Source: a virus. From it: DNA of 64,000 nt. The notes beneath the pieces were generated by a model, which saw only the letters and a list, made by a program, of their open reading frames with translations, did not search any database and was not told the origin of the DNA. Each line of letters begins with the position of its first letter. The stretch's first letter is position 1. Shown here in pieces: positions 7,971-17,750 of the stretch. The DNA lies in the IMG/VR virus record IMGVR_UViG_3300020455_000616. One strand, 5' to 3'. Position numbers and translations under genes: made by a program.

Positions 7971-9623
7971 CTAGGTTAGCGTTGGTGCTTCAGGATCTAA
8001 GGGTGTTTTGCCAGATGCTCCATTAGTGTTATCTGGAGATTGACCTCCCATAGGTTCCATTGGTAATCCTGTCTCAGGATCAATAGGAGCCATTGGATCG
8101 GGTATAACACCCTGCTCAATCTCTTTTGCAATTAGTTTATCTTGCTCAATAATTTCCTCATCTGTTTGACGAAGGAACTTACGACGTACATAGTCCTGTG
8201 AATAATATTTACCAACATAAGGTTCTGCAGTCGCTGCAATATTAAGGCGTTCTGTCATTAACTCTGCTTCCTTCAGTTCGGAGAAGTGATTATCATATAA
8301 GAAGTCATATTGAATATGCTCCTCCATTTTATCCCAATCTTCTGGAGTTACAAGGTTCTTAAGTAAACACTGGGTCTTCAACATATCGTTGAACATCCTT
8401 GAGAATCTCTTACGTAATCTACCTACAAACTTAGTAAACTTAAGTTCATCTCTAAGGATCTCTGAGGATCTTCCTAGGTTAAACCCACCTTCACCACCTT
8501 GTCTTGACTCAGGCACGTTTAGAGATCTATACAACTTAGATTGGAAGTACTTAATATCTGCTAGTTCACCTAAGTTTTGTCCACCTGGTAGTGTAGTAAT
8601 CTCAGTTCCTCTACCTCCTTCTCTACGTGGTAACCAGAAGTCTTCCAACATAGACATAAACTTCTTGTCATCACGAATCTCTCCAGTACTTGCATCATAT
8701 ACCAACTTATTACGATAACGCATCATAACGTCACGTAGGTACTGCTCTGCCTTCATCTTAGGGAGATTACCAACATCAATGTAGAATATTCTTCTTTCAG
8801 GTGCTCTTGATAATCTGTAGATAACAAGAGAGTCCTCAATCATTCTTAATTGGTTGAGTGACTTAATTGCTTTGTGTAGATAGGATAATGTTGTTCCTTT
8901 ATTCCTATCAACCAATCCAGAGGTACAATATGAGATGGAATCTTTTGCAAACTTAACTCCACCACCAGATCCTTTACCTGGTTGTCCACCATAAGGTGCT
9001 ACATTTTGTTTTGGGTTATATACAAAATACTCTTTAATATTTGGGAATGGGGATGACATTGGATTGTCACGTCCATCATTCTGTTGTACACCACCACCTT
9101 TATCCTTCTTAGTTATTGATTCACGTACATAACGCATCTTCAATGCATCAATATACCTTAACTCCTGAATCCCATCATGTGGATTCTTTAAGTCAATTAC
9201 TTTATGGTAATATAATCTTCCATCAACATACCAATTTCTATAAATCTCATGACACTTTTTATCAAAGTCTAGAAGTTCAAGAACAGTTTTAAATTCTTCT
9301 CTTATCTTTTTCTTTAAACTATCTCCAGCATTTAAATTATCTAAATCTATCTGAACAGGACTATCGTTTAAATCACTAACTATTGCTTCATTGACAATAT
9401 CTTCAATCGCACCATCACATTCTGGATGTAATGCCATCTCTCTATATCTCTTGATGAGATCATATTCGGTTTTATAGACTCCTTCTATATCTACATAAGA
9501 ACCAAAAAATCCACTGGTTAAGTAATGATCAACTCCATCCTCATTTGATTGAGGTATGGGTGACACCACGCCAGGGGATTTTTTTTCGTTATCCTCAATA
9601 GAAAAGCCAAATAACTTCGCCAT
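7971..9623 (-). CDS. gp20: Portal vertex protein
   Basis: YRLSRAPERRIFYIDVGNLPKMKAEQYL and EDFWLPRREGGRGTEITTLPGG motifs. Confidence 0.98.
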   Translation of the reverse strand: MAKLFGFSIEDNEKKSPGVVSPIPQSNEDGVDHYLTSGFFGSYVDIEGVYKTEYDLIKRYREMALHPECDGAIEDIVNEAIVSDLNDSPVQIDLDNLNAGDSLKKKIREEFKTVLELLDFDKKCHEIYRNWYVDGRLYYHKVIDLKNPHDGIQELRYIDALKMRYVRESITKKDKGGGVQQNDGRDNPMSSPFPNIKEYFVYNPKQNVAPYGGQPGKGSGGGVKFAKDSISYCTSGLVDRNKGTTLSYLHKAIKSLNQLRMIEDSLVIYRLSRAPERRIFYIDVGNLPKMKAEQYLRDVMMRYRNKLVYDASTGEIRDDKKFMSMLEDFWLPRREGGRGTEITTLPGGQNLGELADIKYFQSKLYRSLNVPESRQGGEGGFNLGRSSEILRDELKFTKFVGRLRKRFSRMFNDMLKTQCLLKNLVTPEDWDKMEEHIQYDFLYDNHFSELKEAELMTERLNIAATAEPYVGKYYSQDYVRRKFLRQTDEEIIEQDKLIAKEIEQGVIPDPMAPIDPETGLPMEPMGGQSPDNTNGASGKTPLDPEAPTLT

Positions 9624-9647
9624 TATATTGTCTTAATACTGTGTATC

Positions 9648-9654
9648 TATTTAT
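9648..9654 (-). promoter_or_regulatory. Late promoter ATAAATA upstream of gp20
   Basis: tatttat at 9648-9654. Confidence 0.65.
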
Positions 9655-10256
9655 TATACCACAGGTGTACCTGTTTGGTCACCACCCTCTGCTTGCCAGT
9701 ACTGAACTTGGAATTCAACTGTATACTCTTCGATTGTATCAGATGTATCATATGATAGATCTATCTGAGATACATTCGTTGGGAATATATCGAAGAACTT
9801 GTAAGTTCTTAAAGGTAGTACGCTGTCTGCATCAGTGTTTTCTGTAGAGAATCTTGATTGTCCTCTACCTAACTGATAAACATAAGCATCGGTCATGTAT
9901 GAAGCAGGGTTTGTAGCACCAGTGTTGTTATCCAACTTACTGATCTGATTCATCCACTGCTCAAATGATGTTCTTAGTTTGAAGTCCTCATCATTGATGA
10001 TTGTAACAGTCCAAGTATCGAAGGTTCTGTCTCCAGCAACCTTTAAAATACGACCTCTGAACGGAACGTCAATTTGTGCAATATTAGAAGCAGGTAATGC
10101 TGCTGCCTTACACAAAAAACTGAAGGTATCATCATCCCATGCAATACTTCCTGCAGTAGGGAATGTTGGAATTGATACTTCAAATAGATTTGGTCTTGCT
10201 GCACCGCCTAAGAGTTTACTCTTAAAGTCGGAGATAGTCCTGATTTCTCTTGCCAT
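9654..10256 (-). CDS. gp19: Tail tube protein
   Basis: GGAARPNLFEV, FRGRILKVAGDRTFDTWTVTIINDEDF and IEEYTVEFQVQYW motifs. Confidence 0.96.
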   Translation of the reverse strand: MAREIRTISDFKSKLLGGAARPNLFEVSIPTFPTAGSIAWDDDTFSFLCKAAALPASNIAQIDVPFRGRILKVAGDRTFDTWTVTIINDEDFKLRTSFEQWMNQISKLDNNTGATNPASYMTDAYVYQLGRGQSRFSTENTDADSVLPLRTYKFFDIFPTNVSQIDLSYDTSDTIEEYTVEFQVQYWQAEGGDQTGTPVV

Positions 10257-10295
10257 TTTAGTTAGAATCCTCCTTAGTATTTAATCAATCAGTTA

Positions 10296-13091
10296 TCAAA
10301 CTCTACCAGCGACTTCTTCAAAGCTAACACCTGTACGTGTAGCAACGAAGGTCAGGGTGATGTAGTTGATCGACTTCGCAGGCTTCAGGAAGATGTCTGC
10401 TCGGAATTCATTATTATCAATTATGTCTGGAGTGTTGTTTGTCTCATCACAAATAACCAGATAATCGTAAATACCACGTTTTGCTTGAACATCACGTAGA
10501 TATGGTTCAACGATGTTAACGAAGTTTGCCCTCGTTACCTGATCGTTAAACTCAAAGAGTTGTGCCTGTGCTGCTCTTTCAAGTGCTTGCTCAACTGTCA
10601 AGAATAAACGACGAACGTTAATTCTATCAAATGCTGAAGCATATGCTAGTGCAGTCTTATCACCGAAGAGGATGATTCCAGTTCCAGGTGTATTAATTAT
10701 TGAGTTAATACGTGAGGAGTAAAGAATGTCTCTTTGTGCTTTCGTTGGGTTGTATGCAAGTTTGATTGCATTCTTAATTACGCCACGCTGCTGACCAGCA
10801 GGTGAGAACCAAGGATAAGCAACAAGGTTTGTACGACACATCAATCCAGCAATATCTGGGTTGCATGGAAGGTAACGGAACTTGTTGTTGAACCTATCGT
10901 AAGTATACTTGTAACCACTATCAAATATTGCATAAGAAGAAGAACTTAGTGGTCCGAAGAACTCAACTATGTTACTAGTTTGAACGATTGGGTCAGTAAT
11001 ATTAACTACTGTTCCTTTGTGTGGTGATATAACAGTCACACAATCTTTTCTAGACTCAGCAATACCAATTAGTTTGTTTGCTTTTGCCTGACTATCATTA
11101 AGAGAATTACAAGAAGGTCCCATTAATAGGTAATCTACTTGAACTTCGTCTTTATTATCAAAGAGGTTGTAAGCACCAATTAGATTTCCTAATTCTGCTT
11201 TAAGTCCACCAGCAGCAGTATAATTCTCACCATTTGTTAGTGAGTATGTAACTCCACCAATAGAACTGAAGGTGTTATCCTTAGCAACTCTGTTCCAGCG
11301 AGTGCTGTTTTGAGTTAATGAATACCATACTGTTGGTTGATCACCGTCTCCATATAGACTACCAGTAGTAGAAGGATTGAAGTAAGTTCCAGTAGGGAAT
11401 GTATTGTGGTAGGTATCGTTACCTTGACCTTGGTTAGCACCTGCGTAAATGTAATTAGAATAGTTGGCAAGATAAGACTTGTACCATGTCTTCTGTGGAG
11501 CATTTGCTTCAGATACAGCATCGGTTGCCTTAGAAAGGTTTAGATGCTTCTCTAGGATATTACCTCGGATACCAGTTAAAGTACCTGAATCGTCAACAAC
11601 GACAACGTGCATTTCATCATTTCTACCACCACGCTCTGCAGTGTAGTTTGATGTTCCTGGTTTTGGAGCAATGCTTCGCCAGAATACTTTAGAGTTATCT
11701 AATCCAAGTTCTTGTGAATTGTACCAATCATCAACACCAGCAACTAATACTCTGGAGTTTGTTCCTCCAACCTCTAGAACAACTTGGTCATCTCTAAGAG
11801 ATGCTGTGTTTAGTTTGATATCATCAGTAATTGATGTACCACCAATTCCTGCTCCGTTAATGGTAATTGTTGTTCCAACACCATATGCTTCACCAGGATT
11901 TGTTAGTGAGACGGTTCCAATACCACCACTTGCATCTCTGAAGACAGTGAATATTGCTCCAGTACCTTGAGCACTTGTACCTGATAGGTTAGTGTAAGTA
12001 CCACTAGAAGCAGATGGAACGCTAGTTGAAGATGTAAGTCCAACTGTGTTGATCTTACCTTGACTTAAATCAAAACCACCAACAGAAGTACCAGCAATGG
12101 AGACTGTATCTGTTACAGTGTATCCAACACCAGCATTTACAATGGTTGCAGAAGCAACACCACCAGTTGTACTATTTCTAGTAATAGTGAATGTAGCGTC
12201 AGAACCACCACCGTTAGTAGTACCACCAACTCCAACATAAGATTGGTCTTGCTGACCATTAATCTGAGATGAAGTGTTTATTCCTATAGTTGATATCGAG
12301 TCTTCTGGTGACATTACATCGCCGTCAGAGTCGAGAATTGTTAATCTTTGGTCTTTTAAGAACGAAGCATATGCACTATTTTCTGCATAGTTTACATATG
12401 TTTCTTTACCAGGTTCTGTGCCACCCGTAGAGACTCTGGATCGTATTTTGACCGTTAATGTACTAAGAGACGTTTCTGGAGCGTTAACTACTTGAGTAAC
12501 AACCCCTTTAAGATATCCATAGAATACAGAAGTGCTTCCTGCACCAGGAATTACTTGACCACTTATGTCAACCGTTACACCATATCCAACTGCTGCACCC
12601 ATATCGGTTACTGAAGTTGTTGCAATACCAATAACTTGATCTCCCAAGTCGTCAATATAGCAGACCTTCAGAGAGTTACCCCATCTTCCTGGGTTCTTTG
12701 CTGCATAAAGGAAGTTGGACGCTGCATCTATAAAATTAGTATTATAGTCGTCGAAGTTCTTTATCTTTGTGCTTGCTATTGCAGAAGTACCTACACCAAC
12801 GTTTGAGTTAGCTAAGTTATCGTCATCGGTTCGTATTACCTTAAGCACACCACCATAGGAGAGGTATTGTGATGCAGACATCCAGTATTCATACTGGGCA
12901 TCGTCATCATAAGGCTTACCGAATGTGGTAATCAGATCTTGCTCTGTGGCAATATTGATCGGTTCTAATACGGGACCAATTTCAAAAGGTCCAGCAATAC
13001 CTCCAATGTTGTCAAGAACGTTTTCCGCTCTACCTACCGTTAAGTCAACTTCTCTAGTCAGTACACCAGGAGATAATTGAGGAGTGGCCAT
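10296..13091 (-). CDS. gp18: Tail sheath protein with an internal insertion
   Basis: SPGVLTREVDLT N-terminus; WFSPAGQQRG, FDRINVRRLF and KPAKSINYITLTFVATRTG C-terminus. Confidence 0.96.
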   Translation of the reverse strand: MATPQLSPGVLTREVDLTVGRAENVLDNIGGIAGPFEIGPVLEPINIATEQDLITTFGKPYDDDAQYEYWMSASQYLSYGGVLKVIRTDDDNLANSNVGVGTSAIASTKIKNFDDYNTNFIDAASNFLYAAKNPGRWGNSLKVCYIDDLGDQVIGIATTSVTDMGAAVGYGVTVDISGQVIPGAGSTSVFYGYLKGVVTQVVNAPETSLSTLTVKIRSRVSTGGTEPGKETYVNYAENSAYASFLKDQRLTILDSDGDVMSPEDSISTIGINTSSQINGQQDQSYVGVGGTTNGGGSDATFTITRNSTTGGVASATIVNAGVGYTVTDTVSIAGTSVGGFDLSQGKINTVGLTSSTSVPSASSGTYTNLSGTSAQGTGAIFTVFRDASGGIGTVSLTNPGEAYGVGTTITINGAGIGGTSITDDIKLNTASLRDDQVVLEVGGTNSRVLVAGVDDWYNSQELGLDNSKVFWRSIAPKPGTSNYTAERGGRNDEMHVVVVDDSGTLTGIRGNILEKHLNLSKATDAVSEANAPQKTWYKSYLANYSNYIYAGANQGQGNDTYHNTFPTGTYFNPSTTGSLYGDGDQPTVWYSLTQNSTRWNRVAKDNTFSSIGGVTYSLTNGENYTAAGGLKAELGNLIGAYNLFDNKDEVQVDYLLMGPSCNSLNDSQAKANKLIGIAESRKDCVTVISPHKGTVVNITDPIVQTSNIVEFFGPLSSSSYAIFDSGYKYTYDRFNNKFRYLPCNPDIAGLMCRTNLVAYPWFSPAGQQRGVIKNAIKLAYNPTKAQRDILYSSRINSIINTPGTGIILFGDKTALAYASAFDRINVRRLFLTVEQALERAAQAQLFEFNDQVTRANFVNIVEPYLRDVQAKRGIYDYLVICDETNNTPDIIDNNEFRADIFLKPAKSINYITLTFVATRTGVSFEEVAGRV

Positions 13092-13130
13092 GTTCTATGT
13101 CTCCAAAAATTCTCAGTTTTGTTCTAGAGA

Positions 13131-13137
13131 TATTTAT
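13131..13137 (-). promoter_or_regulatory. Late promoter ATAAATA upstream of gp18
   Basis: tatttat at 13131-13137. Confidence 0.65.
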
Positions 13138-13162
13138 TAAAATATTTAATTTGAAGGGGTTA

Positions 13163-14815
13163 CTACCTATAATCCCACATGTATGACATATCACCATACT
13201 CATCGGTATACCACCTATCCCCTGTAGAGTCTACAAAACTATTCTCATCCAATCCATTCTCAATAAAACCAAATGGAGACATATCTTGTTCTATTTGATT
13301 TTTTTGCTCTTCATATAATCTCTTACGTACATCCTGATCAGTAATCTCCTTAAAATAGTCTTGTTCTACTAACCATGCATATATTACAAGACACATTGCT
13401 AGGTCATCATTACAACCATCCTCTGCTTCAAATGAATTCCTTTTCTCAATAAATGTAGTTAATTCACTGATAATGTCATAATCCTTAAAAGTAATTTTAT
13501 CCGCTTCAATCATAGTCTTTAGATTTAGACATCCAACCTTTTTAACAGTTTTAGACATCTTGACTCCAAGTTGAGTCTTTTTACCAGAGAATCCTTGACC
13601 TACAACTTGACCTGCTCTACCTCTCATAGAACACATAAGAACATTTTCATACTCTAAGTCGTAATTAAGGATAGATGCTACTTGATCTCCAACATCATTA
13701 ACTTCACATAAAATGTATGCCATATTATAATTCTTAGCAAGATCATGAATTATCGAGGGGAATAACATAGGTTTAATTTCATTATTCCTATACTTGCATA
13801 CTAATTGATGAGGGAAGGTTGTAATATCAATTACTGTGAATGCTGAATAATCATTTCCAACACCACGAGCAACGTCAACAGTAATCACATAATTATGATC
13901 TGGTTTAACATCTTCAAATACATCTAATCCTTTGTTACTAAGTTTTGGTGATTCATAAACTAAATTCCTTAATTTATTAGGACTAATCAAAGTATCAACA
14001 GATCCTAAAAATTCACATTCAAACTCAACACGGAACTGTTGTTCTGAAGTGTTTGCAATAGTTTGTTCCTTCCAAACCTCATCTCTTCCTGGTACATCCC
14101 ACCAATTAACCTCTGTAGGGATATATTCATTCTTCTTACGTTCAGCATCATGCCAAAGTTTATAAAAGTGATTCATCCCGTGAGGGGTAGAAACAATTAT
14201 AACTTTAGTTTTTTGACCAGATGATATAGTAGGATAAACAGAACTAAAGAACTGATCCGCTAAATGGTTTGCAACGAACGCAAATTCGTCTAAGAATATG
14301 ATGTTATAAGATCCACCACGGACTGCAGATGCAGATGTAGACGCAGCAATAATTTTAGAACCATTCTCTAATTCAAGAGATGCTTTGTTCCATGTTAAAA
14401 CTCCCTGCTGCAACCACCTTGGTAAGTTCTCATATGCAGTTTGAAGTCTATCTAATAAATCTTTTGCAGTTGATGCTTTGTTAGCAAGAATTGCTATATT
14501 AATATTATCATTGAATATTGCATAATGAAGAAGATATGATACTACGATTGTAGACTTACCTGACTGTCTAGGTAACTTACAAATATTAAATCTATGATGA
14601 TGGAATCTATCCAACATCTTCTCTTGGAAACTATATGGTTTAAATTGTTGTAAACCATAGTCCAGAGTAACTATGTTTATATACTTCTTTGCAAAATATA
14701 TTGGATCGTCTATACATTTAGAAAACTCAAGAACTTGCTCCTGAGTAAACTCCTGAGTAGTATTGGCTTTTTTTAATAAAGGATTACCGAGATAATGATC
14801 AACTTTAGTAGCCAT
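13163..14815 (-). CDS. gp17: Terminase large subunit
   Basis: Walker A PRQSGKST, Walker B IFLDEFAF, nuclease motifs VDVARG and DDLAMCL. Confidence 0.98.
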   Translation of the reverse strand: MATKVDHYLGNPLLKKANTTQEFTQEQVLEFSKCIDDPIYFAKKYINIVTLDYGLQQFKPYSFQEKMLDRFHHHRFNICKLPRQSGKSTIVVSYLLHYAIFNDNINIAILANKASTAKDLLDRLQTAYENLPRWLQQGVLTWNKASLELENGSKIIAASTSASAVRGGSYNIIFLDEFAFVANHLADQFFSSVYPTISSGQKTKVIIVSTPHGMNHFYKLWHDAERKKNEYIPTEVNWWDVPGRDEVWKEQTIANTSEQQFRVEFECEFLGSVDTLISPNKLRNLVYESPKLSNKGLDVFEDVKPDHNYVITVDVARGVGNDYSAFTVIDITTFPHQLVCKYRNNEIKPMLFPSIIHDLAKNYNMAYILCEVNDVGDQVASILNYDLEYENVLMCSMRGRAGQVVGQGFSGKKTQLGVKMSKTVKKVGCLNLKTMIEADKITFKDYDIISELTTFIEKRNSFEAEDGCNDDLAMCLVIYAWLVEQDYFKEITDQDVRKRLYEEQKNQIEQDMSPFGFIENGLDENSFVDSTGDRWYTDEYGDMSYMWDYR

Positions 14816-15091
14816 TTAATTGCCAGTATAACCTACCTTTGCTCCAAGAACATCTGCATTACCTGCAAATACTGTATGAGTTGGTAGTTTTTCTAATACG
14901 ACTGAACTATTACCATTGATTGTAAATGTACCAAGAGTAGTACCACCAGCAGTCTCTTGTACTGTAACCAAATAGTTAGTACCAGCAGCAGCGGTATTCA
15001 CAAGACGGACGACAGTTGCTTCGGTGAAACTAGTTCCTGCACCTGCACTTGTAGGGCATGGGATTTCAGTTCCTTTGATGTTAATTAACAT
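14816..15091 (-). CDS. Small beta-rich hypothetical protein, probably structural
   Basis: 91-aa ORF abutting gp17, with CTAAATA at 15115-15121 upstream. Confidence 0.7.
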   Translation of the reverse strand: MLINIKGTEIPCPTSAGAGTSFTEATVVRLVNTAAAGTNYLVTVQETAGGTTLGTFTINGNSSVVLEKLPTHTVFAGNADVLGAKVGYTGN

Positions 15092-15117
15092 GATACTTTA
15101 ATGTTCCGTAGTTGTAT

Positions 15118-17295
15118 TTAGGAGTTCTCGTCCCTATCTATGTCCTTATTTCTTTGTGCTTTTACCTTTTTAATATAATCATCTAAAGCCATTTTTGACT
15201 TTTTATCACTTGCTTTCATCTTGTCGAGATTTGCTCTCATAGCATCAGCAATTTTACCTTCATTCATAAATCCTGTTAAAGACTTAAGAAGTTGTTCCTT
15301 CTTCAAACCTTTAAAAGATCCTTTACCTTGTCTGATATTAGACTTACCATATGGATATCTTAATTCCATTTCTGGACTATCAGCAGACTTACGATATGAT
15401 GGTGGGTTTCCTCTTTTACCTGCTTTCTTTCTATCTCCAAAATTAGACTTATCTAATCTTCTACCATGCTTGTAAGCAAAACCTTTACTTACTTGACTAC
15501 TTGCCATGTCTTTTTGAGCATCAGACATACCAGCAGTATGTGATGCAAAACGGTTTTCATACTGAGGATGACCTTTTATGTTCTCCTCTCCACCATGCTT
15601 TTTAGCAAGAGCTTTTCTCTTCTTCTCATAATCAGGAGATTTGGTATTGTCATACTTTGCCTTTGCTTCATCAACTTTGTCTTTCTTGTGGCGATCATCC
15701 CCATATGTAATGCAAGGATTTTGACCACATCCACAATTTTTTTCACCCTTCCCTTCAGGTATAACATGTTCATGCATTTCAGTAACAAGAATTTCTAAAT
15801 CTTCTACAGGAACACCTTCAACAATATACTCTGCAAATTCAACATCATAATGAGCAACGTTACCATTCTCATCTAGGTCATGTGCTTCTGGAATACAATT
15901 TCCGATTCCATACTCTTCATGCTTTACCTTTGATGCACAGTTATGGTTTTTTGCTTTCTTTTCTCTTTTACTAATCTTACCATCTACATCACTCTTTTCA
16001 TACCACTTACCATCACCATCATCGTCTTGCCATCTTTTTCCTTCTTTTTGCACCTTAATGATTGGGTTCTGATCATTATCAAATTGTGCCATATTACTTG
16101 GCAATTCATACTTATCAAAGTATTGAACTTGACAACCAGGATATACCTTACATACTTCATCTTGAACATCTTTTCTCGTTGGCATAGTTGCCTGAGGGAA
16201 GAACATCTTAATGTTATACATCTTACCTCTCCAGTTCACACCAACCATGATGAGATTACCGAATTCTGATGGGAGCCTTACTGCTTCATCAACTGTCATT
16301 TGGAGTTCCTCCTTTTTAGTTTTCTTCTCAGGTAAACCTTTGTGCTTTGTAGATGCAAAATCCTTTGCATCTCCTTTACCAATTTCACTTGCAACTTTTG
16401 CTACTTCAGGGGAAGAAGCACCCTCACCCTTTTGTGCTGCACGAACCATACCAAAAAATCTTTGCTGTTTTTTAGAGACTGCATCTTCATCTATTCCTAG
16501 TTTCCGATCTATCTCTTTAGAGATGTCTTTTCTCTCTTTTGCCTTTGCTTTTGCTTTTGCTTGTTTAGCAGCAGTTTGTGCAAATTGTTTTCTTGATGCT
16601 GATTGAGATGCTTGTGACTTTTGAACAGATGAAGCAGCATTTGCTTTTTGCTTCTGAACATTTGCCATTCTCTTATCATCAAGAGCATATTCATTAACAT
16701 CTACATTACCTTGAGTATTTGTAGACTTATGAATAGTCTTATGTCTATGATCTCTTGCTGACTTAGTTGCTTTGAGTTCCTTATCCTTTTGAGAATAATT
16801 ATCCTCTTCACCAATCCATTGATCAGAAGCATGCATTTTAGGCATAACATCTTCTGGTCTGATTAAATCAATAATCTCAGCAAACTTCTTACCATCAGCG
16901 GTATGAAGTACTACGTTTTCAGTGCTCATTCCACCTGGATCAATTGCTTGATCTCCACCATCCTCTTGATCACCTTCAGGGTCATCTGGTACAAGACGAC
17001 CTTTAGAATTCATATGTGAACCTTTAGGAACCTTCTTGCATTTTTTATCAGTATAACAATAATACTGACCCTTACCACATGATTTATTCATGTGAGCCTC
17101 TTCAATCTCAGTAATAATTAAGTCCACAATTCTTAACCCCTCAATCTGTGGATTAGGAGGTAATTCAATTTTAGACTTCAGTTTGCTTTTCGCCACAGAA
17201 ACTTCATTAGGATTAGACGATTTAGTCATGTTCCTAATCTTAGACTGTTTAGAAGCAGCTTTATGAGATTTTTTGTCAATTGCAAAACTCGTCAT
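15118..17295 (-). CDS. Modular Lys-rich late protein, candidate internal head polyprotein (contains a DUF3008-like module)
   Basis: 725 aa; AVSKKQQRFFGMVRAAQKG module; own ATAAATA motif at 17315-17321. Confidence 0.75.
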   Translation of the reverse strand: MTSFAIDKKSHKAASKQSKIRNMTKSSNPNEVSVAKSKLKSKIELPPNPQIEGLRIVDLIITEIEEAHMNKSCGKGQYYCYTDKKCKKVPKGSHMNSKGRLVPDDPEGDQEDGGDQAIDPGGMSTENVVLHTADGKKFAEIIDLIRPEDVMPKMHASDQWIGEEDNYSQKDKELKATKSARDHRHKTIHKSTNTQGNVDVNEYALDDKRMANVQKQKANAASSVQKSQASQSASRKQFAQTAAKQAKAKAKAKERKDISKEIDRKLGIDEDAVSKKQQRFFGMVRAAQKGEGASSPEVAKVASEIGKGDAKDFASTKHKGLPEKKTKKEELQMTVDEAVRLPSEFGNLIMVGVNWRGKMYNIKMFFPQATMPTRKDVQDEVCKVYPGCQVQYFDKYELPSNMAQFDNDQNPIIKVQKEGKRWQDDDGDGKWYEKSDVDGKISKREKKAKNHNCASKVKHEEYGIGNCIPEAHDLDENGNVAHYDVEFAEYIVEGVPVEDLEILVTEMHEHVIPEGKGEKNCGCGQNPCITYGDDRHKKDKVDEAKAKYDNTKSPDYEKKRKALAKKHGGEENIKGHPQYENRFASHTAGMSDAQKDMASSQVSKGFAYKHGRRLDKSNFGDRKKAGKRGNPPSYRKSADSPEMELRYPYGKSNIRQGKGSFKGLKKEQLLKSLTGFMNEGKIADAMRANLDKMKASDKKSKMALDDYIKKVKAQRNKDIDRDENS

Positions 17296-17313
17296 TTTAA
17301 ACGCAGTTTTTTT

Positions 17314-17748
17314 CTATTTATCTTCTTTCTCAGTTCTATTTTTCTTTAGCAACTTAGATAGTTCTGCTGTCGAACCAAAGAACATTGCATTAGTGACATT
17401 AGTTGGACCTTTACTATTGTCTTCTTCTACTTCTTTTATCTTCTTCTGGAGATCCATTAATTTATCTGTGGTATCTGCAACAGACTTAATAAGTTGACCT
17501 ACAACTTCAAATGCTCTTGCTTGACCCTGATCTACAGCAATCTCTAATGCACTATCAAGTGCCTCTTGGCCCTTCTCTATAATACTGTAAAGATTGCCAC
17601 GAGTATACTCATAATCCTTATCAATATCAATCTCTTTTGATTTAGAGACTTTCTCAGGTTTCTTAGGTTCTTTTACTACTTCAGATTCTACAGGTTCTGC
17701 AGGTGTAATATCAAAAGTATCATTTAGATCTTCAAATTTGTCTTTCAT
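17314..17748 (-). CDS. gp16: Terminase small subunit
   Basis: DYEYTRGNLYSIIEKGQEAL, RAFEVVGQLIK and FFGSTAELSKLL motifs; follows gp15. Confidence 0.9.
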   Translation of the reverse strand: MKDKFEDLNDTFDITPAEPVESEVVKEPKKPEKVSKSKEIDIDKDYEYTRGNLYSIIEKGQEALDSALEIAVDQGQARAFEVVGQLIKSVADTTDKLMDLQKKIKEVEEDNSKGPTNVTNAMFFGSTAELSKLLKKNRTEKEDK

Positions 17749-17750
17749 AA

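Noticed and set aside
13163-14815. Intein or intron in the terminase (also checked for portal and capsid)
   Set aside because: Lengths are normal, motifs are contiguous, and there is no intein or homing endonuclease signature.
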